Part shown: piece by piece, positions 1 through 9,034 of the stretch
How the letters are laid out: every line of letters begins with the position of its first letter
Numbering within the stretch: position 1 is the stretch's first letter
DNA from: an uncultured Candidatus Saccharibacteria bacterium
GTDB lineage: Bacteria; Patescibacteriota; Minisyncoccia; Phycocordibacterales; UBA6065
Direction of reading: 5' to 3'
DNA length: 64,000 nucleotides
NCBI GenBank assembly: GCA_964495425.1
Contig: CAZBVG010000001.1
Location: 20,054-84,053 of the forward strand
Program-made: the position numbers and the translations under genes
Notes under the pieces: generated by a model
The model's database searches: none
The model's input: only the letters and a program-made list of their open reading frames with translations
What the model was told of the DNA's origin: nothing

Positions 1-924
1 ATAACTAATAGCCGTCGGGGGCTTATTCATGGGCTCAATATATGCGGACATATACCCCACCATGCCTCGAATGAGGTGATGAAATCTGGTGTCTATCGCT
101 AAACCTCCTTCATTAATAATTTTTAAGCCTTCAAAACCATTGGTACACAAAATCACACGCGTTGCAGTAATAGTATGTTTATCTGCATCCAAAAGTGCCT
201 TTTTATCATGCATCGAGACACGTCGTATTGGGGTATGCTCATAGAGAGCAAAACGTTTCGGGTATGTTTTAGCCAAATACTCAACGATTTCCTGAGAGAA
301 AAGTGCCGAATTAAGACAACCCTTTTGATACGACAATGCTGCAATATACTCTGTATTTGTTGTTTGAAGTGCTTCAAGCACCTCTGAATGCGGTACAACT
401 TCATACAGACCAGCATATTCAGAAGGAATACTATCGATAAATGTTGCAGTCTGAGAGATCTTGAAACCCTCGGTACGCAAACCAGCCTTTTTTCTACATA
501 CATTATCCTTAAGATGCCGAATAACTTGATCGAAGGTTGAAAACCCAGCCTGACCCATAAATCGAGCGAGCGGAATGGTAAGTCCGGCTTCCGTATACAT
601 CGAATCAAGCAATTGCCACGCACTCTCTACTGACCTTTGAGCATCTGCCGCTGCCTCGAGCCCAAACTCGTCTACAAGCTCATAAAAAGGTCGCTCAAAA
701 TAACTCGCTATCTGCCCAGCATTATGACCTGTTGCGCCGTGTGCAAGTTTGCCTCGTTCAACAATAACTACATTTTTAGTAGTATTTTTGAGAATGAAAT
801 ATGCCGTTGATACACCGGCAATTCCCGCACCAACGACCACAACATCTGTTGTTATGTCTTCATTCAGGGCTTGAATCTTCCTGTCCTGATCCATTTGATG
901 GATCCACGGTGAACGGTATTTCAT
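1..924 (-). CDS. FAD-dependent oxidoreductase (DAO/PuuB-like), 3' end outside window
   Basis: Not in the ORF track. Manual translation from ATG at 924 gives MKYRSPWIHQ...DVVVVGAGIAGVSTAY...GATGHNAG (GxGxxG dinucleotide-binding motif); frame open to the window edge. Confidence 0.85.
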   Translation of the reverse strand, partial: MKYRSPWIHQMDQDRKIQALNEDITTDVVVVGAGIAGVSTAYFILKNTTKNVVIVERGKLAHGATGHNAGQIASYFERPFYELVDEFGLEAAADAQRSVESAWQLLDSMYTEAGLTIPLARFMGQAGFSTFDQVIRHLKDNVCRKKAGLRTEGFKISQTATFIDSIPSEYAGLYEVVPHSEVLEALQTTNTEYIAALSYQKGCLNSALFSQEIVEYLAKTYPKRFALYEHTPIRRVSMHDKKALLDADKHTITATRVILCTNGFEGLKIINEGGLAIDTRFHHLIRGMVGYMSAYIEPMNKPPTAISY

Positions 925-961
925 AATCCCTGTATTATACCAAAATCAGAAATACGTAAGA

Positions 962-1237
962 CTATGCCGAAGGTTTATCTTTGCGTTTAAAGCCCCACTG
1001 CCACGTTGGTCGTTCTCCTGTCTTCCATGCAAGCATGAAAAAAAGTGTAGAAGAAAGTACAAACGGCACAAGAAAATCTTTTATTATTTGCTGTACAGGA
1101 GTATTTTTATCAACTTCCGAAACTGTCATAACAATCAAGAGAACATAGGCGATTGTCGCAATCCATCCCTGCCAGGTTATTGGATACCACCCCCAACCAA
1201 AACTCTTCGCCCTAAACCATAGTTTTTGCTCTTTCAT
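962..1237 (-). CDS. small membrane protein, hypothetical
   Basis: Two hydrophobic segments; Trp-rich WFRAKSFGWGWYPITWQGW N-terminus. Confidence 0.75.
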   Translation of the reverse strand: MKEQKLWFRAKSFGWGWYPITWQGWIATIAYVLLIVMTVSEVDKNTPVQQIIKDFLVPFVLSSTLFFMLAWKTGERPTWQWGFKRKDKPSA

Positions 1238-1240
1238 ATA

Positions 1241-1804
1241 TTATTGAATGACCACCGTCTTCATAAGTGAATCAAAATCAGAAACAATACGATCCTCGGG
1301 CGCAAGTCGAGTTACTGAAAACAGATATATGTATTCAGCATTCGATACAACGAACGATCTGCCTTCATAGAGACCCGACCAGGTGTACTCAAGACCAGTT
1401 AGAGCGCCCCGCGTAGTTGTCGAAACAACACCATTTCCCAATTTTACATTGGAATTCGGATTATTGTTGATGAATTCCGCCGCAGATTGCTTTGACTGAG
1501 TTTGCTTAAACACATCAATCGTAATCGCAGGTGGACCTTCTCTGCCAGGAGCTTTTCCTTCACGTATCGCCTTATTTTCCTCAGTATCCTCTGTTAAAAG
1601 GATTTGAGCATGATTAGCATCAATATTCTTTTCTTCAAGAAAATAATGTGTTGGATACGTAAATGAAACGCCATATAAAGGCGAAGCAAAGTTCCTTGTT
1701 GCAGAAATTTCATTACCCGGTGCCTCAACCCTATTCAACCACGACAGATACACGATTCCGCCAACAATGATGAGCGCAATGAGAATTGAAAGTATTTTTT
1801 TCAT
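1241..1804 (-). CDS. membrane-anchored hypothetical protein (possibly PsbP-like)
   Basis: N-terminal TM helix then YGVSFTYP motif; 3-5 nt spacing to neighbours. Confidence 0.7.
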   Translation of the reverse strand: MKKILSILIALIIVGGIVYLSWLNRVEAPGNEISATRNFASPLYGVSFTYPTHYFLEEKNIDANHAQILLTEDTEENKAIREGKAPGREGPPAITIDVFKQTQSKQSAAEFINNNPNSNVKLGNGVVSTTTRGALTGLEYTWSGLYEGRSFVVSNAEYIYLFSVTRLAPEDRIVSDFDSLMKTVVIQ

Positions 1805-1809
1805 AGTGA

Positions 1810-2421
1810 TTAGTAAATCTTAAGTGTCGATGCTATCTGATCAAATGTCTCCAAAAGTTTTGCTCGATCGAATTCTGTAACAGTTCCCGGATCATAATTT
1901 CCTACATTTGTTGAATGGATGAAATAACGTAGCGCAAAACAATCAGTCCCTCTTTTTGTAATGTAAATGTTTTCATCATACCTATTACCCGCACCCGCAC
2001 CGGATGACTGGGCGAATGTAAACGTATTAGCACCCAAGGTCACCGTTTCTTCATTTTGTGGCAACTCTAAAAATGTTTCAGGTGCGCATGAGACATTTGA
2101 AAGTTTTTCAAGAGCTATGTGAGAGTCACTCGAGAGATTTGTGCCCGTTGATAACGAAGCAGGAATTCGAAATTCAACACCCCGAATTTCTCGACCTGGA
2201 CCAAATAATTGATTTACATACGCTTCATTGAATGTAAATCCTGTCGGCAACCTGAGTTCAAAACCAAGATCAGGATTTTTATATAAAAGCCCCTGCTCAA
2301 TCTCAACGAGATCAGGAGTCTGTGCTTCTTGCTCACCTGGATGCGATCCGAAAGCAATCCAGATTATCGCAATAATGAAAATCGCCAATAATGAAAGAAT
2401 AACGAGTTTTGGTTTATCCAT
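1810..2421 (-). CDS. membrane-anchored hypothetical protein
   Basis: N-terminal TM helix; GAGAGNRY motif; co-oriented with downstream genes. Confidence 0.7.
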   Translation of the reverse strand: MDKPKLVILSLLAIFIIAIIWIAFGSHPGEQEAQTPDLVEIEQGLLYKNPDLGFELRLPTGFTFNEAYVNQLFGPGREIRGVEFRIPASLSTGTNLSSDSHIALEKLSNVSCAPETFLELPQNEETVTLGANTFTFAQSSGAGAGNRYDENIYITKRGTDCFALRYFIHSTNVGNYDPGTVTEFDRAKLLETFDQIASTLKIY

Positions 2422-2500
2422 AATGTCTGTAGTTATATGTATAGTACGAAAGTCCGCTTAGTTTTGTTTATATAATACATCATGATAGCCTAAATCAATC

Positions 2501-3775
2501 ATGAAGTACCCAAAGAAGGACTCGTATGACGTGGCAGTCATTGGTGGTGGCCCCGCAGGTATGATGGCGGCAGGTAGAGCAGCTGAACTCGGCGCATCAG
2601 TCCTTTTGATTGAGAAAAACGAAGGTTTAGGTAAAAAGCTTCTTATTACAGGTGGCGGAAGATGCAATGTCACAAACGACACCCAGAATCCTCGAGACTT
2701 TTTAGCAAAACTTAAGGGTAAGGGTAAATTCCTCTTTTCTACTTTTTCGCAGCATGCAGTAAAGGAATCTCTTGAATTTTTTAATTCCAGGGGTATGGCG
2801 ACCAAAGTCGAAAATGAAGGACGAGTCTTCCCTGTCTCAGGTTCGGCGCGCTCAGTATATGATGTGCTCCTCAAATACATGAAAGAGCATAAAGTTGAAG
2901 TAGTGACAGGTCTTGCTGCAAAAGGCTTTCATGCCCGCGACGGTAGTATAGTCGGTCTTAATACAGAAAAAGAAACCGTTGTTGCAAAAACATATATCTT
3001 GGCGACTGGTGGCACATCTATGCCAGAAACCGGCTCAACCGGCGAAGGATTTCAGTGGCTTGAAAAAATAGGACATACAGTTGTGCCGGCCGATGCTGCA
3101 TTAGTACCAGTTAAAATTGCCGAAAAATGGGTGCGAGAACTTTCCGGCGTTTCTCATCAGCATGCAAAACTTTCTATTTTCATAAACGGCAAGCGCCAAG
3201 ATTCTCGAATCGGACGAATGGTATTTGCACATTTTGGCATCAGTGGACCACTCGTACTTAGTTTCTCAAAAGAAATTCGGGAAACTATGCAATATGCCCA
3301 GCCTACAGACAAAATTGAGTTGTCACTTGATATAATGCCCGATTTCAATCCCGAAGAACTCGATCTAAAAGTTCAAGAAATGTTTAAGAAAAATCAAAAC
3401 AAAAAGCTTAAAAATGCCCTCAAGGATCTTGTGGCGCCAGCCCTCTGCCCCGCTTTATGTACGCTGACAAAGCTAGACCCCGAAAAAGAAATAAATATCG
3501 TCTCTCGAGAAGAGCGGCTCACACTCGTAAAACTCCTTAAAGATATGAGGATGACACCGACGGGATTTTTAGGAAAAGAAAAAGCAATTGTTGCATCAGG
3601 CGGTGTAAAACTCGAAGAAGTTGATTTCAAAACAATGCAATCGCGACTTTTTCCTAATCTTTACCTTGTAGGCGACGTACTTGATATTGATAGACCTTCG
3701 GGTGGATATAGTCTACAACTTTGTTGGACGACAGGTTGGGTTGCCGGCACACACGCGGGTTCGAAAGGAAAATAA
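2501..3775 (+). CDS. HI0933/BaiN-family NAD(P)/FAD-dependent oxidoreductase
   Basis: GGGPAGMMAA, GKKLLITGGGRCNVTN, ATGG, GGYSLQ motifs. Confidence 0.93.
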   Translation: MKYPKKDSYDVAVIGGGPAGMMAAGRAAELGASVLLIEKNEGLGKKLLITGGGRCNVTNDTQNPRDFLAKLKGKGKFLFSTFSQHAVKESLEFFNSRGMATKVENEGRVFPVSGSARSVYDVLLKYMKEHKVEVVTGLAAKGFHARDGSIVGLNTEKETVVAKTYILATGGTSMPETGSTGEGFQWLEKIGHTVVPADAALVPVKIAEKWVRELSGVSHQHAKLSIFINGKRQDSRIGRMVFAHFGISGPLVLSFSKEIRETMQYAQPTDKIELSLDIMPDFNPEELDLKVQEMFKKNQNKKLKNALKDLVAPALCPALCTLTKLDPEKEINIVSREERLTLVKLLKDMRMTPTGFLGKEKAIVASGGVKLEEVDFKTMQSRLFPNLYLVGDVLDIDRPSGGYSLQLCWTTGWVAGTHAGSKGK

Positions 3776-3786
3776 AATAAAAAGAA

Positions 3787-3808
3787 AGCCGCACTTTGCA
3801 GTGCGGCT
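3787..3808. terminator. intrinsic terminator hairpin between convergent genes
   Basis: AGCCGCACT-ttgc-AGTGCGGCT with flanking A-tract. Confidence 0.7.
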
Positions 3809-3826
3809 AACGAATTTAATTGAGAC

Positions 3827-4147
3827 TTACACCACAATTCCCTGATTCAGAAAATTGTAGTGAATCTGATTGATCGTGAGGTCGTGACCAATCAGGCACC
3901 CATTGTCCGTAGCAATCCAGTTGAGCCTTTCCAGAGTCTCACCGAGGACAGGTGGCGCTTTGTAAAAAGCGTCCTCCCAGATTTTGCTATCCAGCATGGC
4001 GTCGATCAGCATGTGCTGACCGAAACCTCGAATACGAAGCCTCTGTACTACCACCGCTATGGAATTCTTCAAGCTAGGCTTGAGAGTGCTCAGGCGGTAG
4101 TTGAGTTGCTTAAGACTGTCGGTGATATCAATCGTTTGAGTATGCAT
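3827..4147 (-). CDS. hypothetical protein
   Basis: 106-aa ORF with upstream TTGACT...TGCTATAAT promoter and downstream terminator. Confidence 0.5.
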   Translation of the reverse strand: MHTQTIDITDSLKQLNYRLSTLKPSLKNSIAVVVQRLRIRGFGQHMLIDAMLDSKIWEDAFYKAPPVLGETLERLNWIATDNGCLIGHDLTINQIHYNFLNQGIVV

Positions 4148-4315
4148 GTTAAGTCCAGTTGAAAGCTAAGATCCGCATGGCACTGTGCCAGCAAGTCGAT
4201 CACTTCTTTCCTTCTGGACTCAACTTCAAGGATCTTATTACTCATATATTATAGCATAATAAGTGCCATAAAGTCAAGTAATTCTACGGCCACACAGAGC
4301 CGTGAAAATCAGTCC

Positions 4316-4819
4316 CTACATCGTACGTGAGTCATACGCCCAATGAAGCAATGCCTGTCGCTGCTTTGTATTGCACGAAAAATCTCCCTTCCGACACTTA
4401 TAGACGATTTGAGCTATATGTCGACGCATCATTCTCCATCGCTTTATCTGTCGCGCATCTTCATCAGGTATTCTTCTTCCCATGTAATAACGGCAATACC
4501 ACTGAAACCAGCCCCGAGGATCATCTTTATATATCCAACCCTTACGGATCCATTCCGAAAGAGGCTGCGATGCATCGACTCCGAAAAAATTAAGTTTCGG
4601 ATTCCTCTTTTCAGGAGAAAGTTTTGCTTTCGTATACCAATCTGTAGGAAACTCATTCCTACAATCAGTCATATATTTTCCGCCAAATACACCGAGTTCG
4701 AGCATCTCCTTTGGCGTAAGGTCTGGTTTAAATTCTGGATCAAACTCCTTCCCCATCGGAGCAACCAAGGTATACTCGTAACCATCCTGCATTTTATCTT
4801 TGACGTGAATAGTTTTCAT
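4316..4819 (-). CDS. conserved hypothetical protein
   Basis: GVFGGKY and DPRGWFQWYCRYYMGRR motifs of a widespread uncharacterised family; abuts upstream gene. Confidence 0.8.
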   Translation of the reverse strand: MKTIHVKDKMQDGYEYTLVAPMGKEFDPEFKPDLTPKEMLELGVFGGKYMTDCRNEFPTDWYTKAKLSPEKRNPKLNFFGVDASQPLSEWIRKGWIYKDDPRGWFQWYCRYYMGRRIPDEDARQIKRWRMMRRHIAQIVYKCRKGDFSCNTKQRQALLHWAYDSRTM

Positions 4820-5434
4820 TTACTTGAGAATTTTTTGTAATATTGGAAGAACCTTCTCAGCTACTCGTGCATATCCTGCATCATTTGGATGAATAGCATC
4901 AGACATATAGCGACCATCAGCAAACAAGCCGCTAAGCACATTCGGCACATATGCGGAACCTGTTTCTTCCGCTACTTTCTTAAATAATTGGTCTGCATTA
5001 TCGGAAAGCAATCCACCTCGCACACCGAGCACTACTACAATCGCTCCAGATTCTTGTATCCGATTTATTATTGTCCGCAAAGTAGCAAACGTTTCTTCTC
5101 GTGGAACCTTTCTTAGAAAGTCATTGCCGCCTAAAAGCACCATCACGATACGCGGATTTATTTCTAGCACTTCATCTATTCGCTTAAGTCCATCCGCAGT
5201 CGTATCGCCAGAGACACCGAGATTAATAATTGGCTCACCGATCTGTGCCGAAAGCAATGATACAAAATCATGCCCTTCTGTTGAACCGTAACCTGCAACA
5301 AGACTATCTCCAAAAGCAACTAGTGGACCATCCTTGGGTGGATAGTTTTTAATGTGAGTCTGTCTACCAAATACAAAAAAAGAAATGTCTACAACAATTA
5401 CAAGAATACCTATCAAGAGTAATAACTTTTTCAC
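4820..5434 (-). CDS. SGNH/GDSL arylesterase (TesA-like)
   Basis: AFGDSL, NLGVSGDT, LGGND, DAIHPN blocks. Confidence 0.9.
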   Translation of the reverse strand: MKKLLLLIGILVIVVDISFFVFGRQTHIKNYPPKDGPLVAFGDSLVAGYGSTEGHDFVSLLSAQIGEPIINLGVSGDTTADGLKRIDEVLEINPRIVMVLLGGNDFLRKVPREETFATLRTIINRIQESGAIVVVLGVRGGLLSDNADQLFKKVAEETGSAYVPNVLSGLFADGRYMSDAIHPNDAGYARVAEKVLPILQKILK

Positions 5435-5454
5435 CCCAAAATTCTACCACGTAG

Positions 5455-6024
5455 CTAGTACTTTCTAATCACACCCTTAACAACAGCCGCAATCTTTAAA
5501 TCATATTCAGGATAGATCGGCTTATAGTTTTTATTTGCAGGTTCAAGATATATTTGTCCGCTTTTAGTCTTTCTATAAAATTTCATAGTCCAACCACCGT
5601 CCACTTCAGCAATTACTATTTCACCCTCTTTTGCATTAGAGCGCTTCTCCGCAACCACGAGGTCACCTTCACGTATCCCTTCTTCAATCATTGAGTCACC
5701 CTTAACCTCGAGCAGGTATGAACTCTCCCTGTCTTCAACAAGATACGCATTAATATTAAGTGTATCCAAGACCGATTCCTCGGCGATAGTTGGTATACCC
5801 GCTTCAACAAGCCCAAGCATTGGAATCTCATCGGCCGTGCGAACAAGAGTGATTCGCCCTGATGAATCCTTGGAAAGAACACCCATATCTACAAGTTTAG
5901 ATATAAGTTTGAAAACAGCATTTTTAGATTTAAAGCCAGTCAGAGTCATAAGCTCCTTATAGCCCGGCATTCGTTTATGCTTTTCGTAGAATGCTATGAT
6001 TTTTTGCTTGTATGTATCAATCAT
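5455..6024 (-). CDS. lexA: LexA-family repressor (S24 peptidase)
   Basis: N-terminal wHTH, Ala-Gly cleavage site (VEAGIP), catalytic Ser (GDSM) and Lys (TMKF). Confidence 0.85.
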   Translation of the reverse strand: MIDTYKQKIIAFYEKHKRMPGYKELMTLTGFKSKNAVFKLISKLVDMGVLSKDSSGRITLVRTADEIPMLGLVEAGIPTIAEESVLDTLNINAYLVEDRESSYLLEVKGDSMIEEGIREGDLVVAEKRSNAKEGEIVIAEVDGGWTMKFYRKTKSGQIYLEPANKNYKPIYPEYDLKIAAVVKGVIRKY

Positions 6025-6030
6025 GAATGC

Positions 6031-6240
6031 CTAGAACATAAATGTCGCAAACGAATGTGAGAGTCGATTGAACCAGCTGTAAGTCTCCTGAGCCTTAAGA
6101 CTTCGGAGCTGTGCCAAAAGTGACTTATGGCGAAGTGCGTCCTTTTTGTATGCGCGACCTGTAATTATCTTCATATCAATTTGCCTATTAATTATATCAA
6201 GCTCGTATTCAAGTGCTTTTATTGTTGCGTATTTTGTCAT
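6031..6240 (-). CDS. small hypothetical protein, first gene of lexA operon
   Basis: 69-aa ORF ending 6 nt upstream of lexA, directly downstream of the operator-containing promoter. Confidence 0.65.
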   Translation of the reverse strand: MTKYATIKALEYELDIINRQIDMKIITGRAYKKDALRHKSLLAQLRSLKAQETYSWFNRLSHSFATFMF

Positions 6241-6274
6241 AATCGTTTTGCTATGCCATTAAACTTATGTGTTT

Positions 6275-6303
6275 AGTATAGGTGAACTACAGTTCACCTG
6301 CAA
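6275..6303 (-). promoter_or_regulatory. sigma70 promoter with LexA (Cheo-type) box in the spacer
   Basis: Minus strand TTGCAG-17 nt-TATACT; palindrome AGGTGAACT-ac-AGTTCACCT (6280-6299) contains GAAC-N4-GTTC. Confidence 0.8.
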
Positions 6304-6327
6304 GGCATCACCTGTGAATAACTCAAA

Positions 6328-6582
6328 TTACGACTTATAAGTTGCAATCAAAGCAAGTTTTTCCTCTCGAGAAAGTTGTTTTATGCGGGCCTCGGCGATA
6401 GATGCTTTGGATCGATCCTTATATCGTTTTGCATACACAAGATTAACTGGTCTGCGTGCGCGAGTGTATTTTGCTCCTACTCCACCACTGTTATGCTCAC
6501 CCACCCTCCGTGTAAGATCAGTGGTTATACCTGTATAAAGAGTATTATCTGCGCACGTAAGAATATAAAGATAATACGACAT
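6328..6582 (-). CDS. GIY-YIG nuclease (UPF0213)
   Basis: YLYIL..DNTLYTGIT..RR..EHN..GAKYTR; start taken at MSYY. Confidence 0.9.
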   Translation of the reverse strand: MSYYLYILTCADNTLYTGITTDLTRRVGEHNSGGVGAKYTRARRPVNLVYAKRYKDRSKASIAEARIKQLSREEKLALIATYKS

Positions 6583-6639
6583 AGAAAATCTCGTGTAATT
6601 ATTTCTGATTATACTCCACACCGGATCAGGTACATGATC

Positions 6640-6987
6640 TTAGTATGCTCCAGAAACAGTTCGTAGTACGTGTCTTAGTGCTTTATACTCCGGCATAGTC
6701 TTTGCCACTAAATCCCAAAATCTTTGAGAGTGATTAAACTCACCCAAGTGACATAATTCATGGACGATTACGTAGTCTGCAATATGTGGCGGAATAAGCG
6801 CGAGTTTATAGTTAAAATTGAGATTACCTTTTGTTGAGCACGAACCCCATCGAGATCCCTGATTTCTAATAGCTACCTTACCTATCTTGTATCCGTAAAA
6901 TTGGTTGAAATGAGAAAGCCTACGCAAGACGAGCTCTCGCGCAGACTCCTTATATTTAAGATACTGGGATTGAGTTCCTTTTCTCAA
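6640..6987 (-). CDS. YgjP/DUF45 (M48-like) metallopeptidase
   Basis: RWGSCS, YVIVHELCH, NHS.RFW motifs. Confidence 0.88.
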   Translation of the reverse strand: MRKGTQSQYLKYKESARELVLRRLSHFNQFYGYKIGKVAIRNQGSRWGSCSTKGNLNFNYKLALIPPHIADYVIVHELCHLGEFNHSQRFWDLVAKTMPEYKALRHVLRTVSGAY

Positions 6988-6991
6988 GAAC

Positions 6992-7696
6992 TTATTTCAC
7001 TTCCACCTTCAAAAGGGTAACTGGTTCAAGTGGTCGATCTGCTTCGTCAGTCTTTACTGAGTTAATCGCCATTACCACATCGAGACCCTTCACGACCTTT
7101 CCGAACACAGTGTGCTTGGTATCAAGGAAGCTATTGTCTTTCACATTTATGAAAAACTGGCTACCGTTTGTATTTGGACCTGCGTTTGCCATTGAAATAG
7201 TTCCAACGTCATTACGGTTATCACTATTTATTTCATCAGCAAACTTATAACCTGGGCCTCCTGTTCCCCAATACATCATCTTTGAATCATCCTTCGTTAG
7301 TGGATCACCTCCTTGATTCATGAAATCTTTAATAATGCGGTGAAACTTGGTGCCATCATAAAATCCTGACTGAGCGAGTTTCACGAAATTCTCTACAGTC
7401 TTTGGAGTTTTTGCATTAAACGCAATAACGATATCGCCGTGATTTGTTTTGAGTGTTGCCTGCATAATCTTGTTATTATCGCTTGTAGTCTGTGTCTGAT
7501 TTGTCCCCGCGCGGTCACTTACTTCGAGCGGAACCCCATCAGCATCCAATTTGTAATCTAACGTATAGCTATCTGAAAGCTTTGTCGGATTCGGGTTTTC
7601 TTTTTTATCAGAAAGCACCCAATAAAATATACCGACGGTTAATAAGGCGAGCACGCCGGGTAAAATAAATCGTTTCATAGACTTGAATTCTATCAT
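6992..7696 (-). CDS. cyclophilin-type peptidyl-prolyl isomerase with N-terminal membrane anchor
   Basis: FHRIIKDFMNQGGDP, SMANAGPNTNGSQFFIN, LD.KHTVFG. Confidence 0.92.
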   Translation of the reverse strand: MIEFKSMKRFILPGVLALLTVGIFYWVLSDKKENPNPTKLSDSYTLDYKLDADGVPLEVSDRAGTNQTQTTSDNNKIMQATLKTNHGDIVIAFNAKTPKTVENFVKLAQSGFYDGTKFHRIIKDFMNQGGDPLTKDDSKMMYWGTGGPGYKFADEINSDNRNDVGTISMANAGPNTNGSQFFINVKDNSFLDTKHTVFGKVVKGLDVVMAINSVKTDEADRPLEPVTLLKVEVK

Positions 7697-7756
7697 ATTC
7701 TCTCTTAATCAAAATAAAAAGCCGGGTTCCAAAACCTGGCTTTATAACACGCCGTT

Positions 7757-7894
7757 TTATCGACCCAAAGCGTTTTGCATGCGCTTTTTCTTGCCGCCTG
7801 CCGATCTCATGATGGGCAAAGCTTTGACCGAAATGACTACCTTTGCATTGCGAGGGAGTCGGGGTAACGGACGTTGTGTGGGTATGATGGCCAT
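7757..7894 (-). CDS. putative 45-aa basic small protein
   Basis: Manual translation MAIIPTQRPLPRLPRNAKVVISVKALPIMRSAGGKKKRMQNALGR; upstream TTGACA, downstream hairpin plus T-tract. Confidence 0.45.
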   Translation of the reverse strand: MAIIPTQRPLPRLPRNAKVVISVKALPIMRSAGGKKKRMQNALGR

Positions 7895-7960
7895 AAAGGA
7901 TACACAGGAGAACTGACTACCTGACCAAACTAACCTAAATACGCCGATATGTCAATACCT

Positions 7961-9019
7961 CTAAAAAAGTGGTAAAAATCCGAAAAGACGAAGCAATGAA
8001 GCCACCGGAAAGTCATACCACCGAAACGTCACCTCCCCTTTTTCAAGTACATGAGCATCTTTTTTCCATTCATCAATAACCGCGACGAGGTCCTGCACCA
8101 TATCTGGCTCGCTAAAGAAAATACCTGCCTCAATATTCCAATTAAATGAGAGTCGGTCCAAATTTTGAGATCCAACAACCGCTTCCTTGCCATCAACCAC
8201 CATTGCCTTTGCATGATTCATGCCGCGCACAAAATAACAACGCGCTCCGGCTGAATTGAGGAACGAAGCAAACGAACGATTTACCCCATTAACAATTCGG
8301 TAGTCGGTATATTCTGGCAAGACAATCTCAACACTCACTCCACGAATAATCGCTTGGTGAAGTTGAGCAATGAGCCAACGCGGAGGAAGTAAATATGGCG
8401 TCACAAGAATAATCGATGATTTCGCTTGGCTTAGTTTTTTTGTGTAATATTCACGAAACTGTTCACGGCGCTTCCCTATGCCGTGATCGATAAACCAGAG
8501 TTTTGCTTTCCTCATTGGCCCAGGCGATGTGCTCACATCCTCAAATTCACCCTTTCCACCGCATCGTCTGTACATACGAATAAACGAGCGCAAAATCGTT
8601 TGAACTACAGCTCCTCGCACTTCTACCTGCAAGTCCTTCCAGCGAGCGTAATTCTTGCCCACATTCACTCCGCCGATATAGGCGACTGATTCATCAATAA
8701 TAAGAATCTTTCGATGCATTCTTTGAAAGAAAAAACTGCAAAAAAGTACTTCAACGCCCGCGGTGCGTAAATGTGCGACAAAATCATTATCAAGAGTAAA
8801 ACTGCCAACGGTGTCTAGAAGCGCAATCACCCTAACGCCGCGCTTTACAGCATCTTCAAGCTTAGTTAGAAACTCACGACCCTTTGGATCATCACCAACA
8901 ATATACATCTCTAAATAGACGCTCTTTTTCGCCGAGGCTATACTTGCCTGCATTGCATCCCATGCCTTTTCCGACGTCGTAAAAAGTCGATGCTTCATGA
9001 GAAATACATTATCCCACAA
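7961..9019 (-). CDS. cls: cardiolipin synthase-like phospholipase D
   Basis: Two HKD motifs (HRKILIID, HAKAMVVD). Confidence 0.88.
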   Translation of the reverse strand: MWDNVFLMKHRLFTTSEKAWDAMQASIASAKKSVYLEMYIVGDDPKGREFLTKLEDAVKRGVRVIALLDTVGSFTLDNDFVAHLRTAGVEVLFCSFFFQRMHRKILIIDESVAYIGGVNVGKNYARWKDLQVEVRGAVVQTILRSFIRMYRRCGGKGEFEDVSTSPGPMRKAKLWFIDHGIGKRREQFREYYTKKLSQAKSSIILVTPYLLPPRWLIAQLHQAIIRGVSVEIVLPEYTDYRIVNGVNRSFASFLNSAGARCYFVRGMNHAKAMVVDGKEAVVGSQNLDRLSFNWNIEAGIFFSEPDMVQDLVAVIDEWKKDAHVLEKGEVTFRWYDFPVASLLRLFGFLPLF

Positions 9020-9034
9020 ATACGAGAAAACAAC

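Noticed and set aside
153-623. Track ORFs 153..623 and 175..387
   Set aside because: Alternative-frame shadows of the FAD oxidoreductase at 1..924.
4090-4245. Short ORF (MSNKILEV...) possibly frameshifted into 3827..4147
   Set aside because: Its ATG lies only 2 nt after the TATAAT box, so it is probably not in the transcript; no homology evidence for a fusion.
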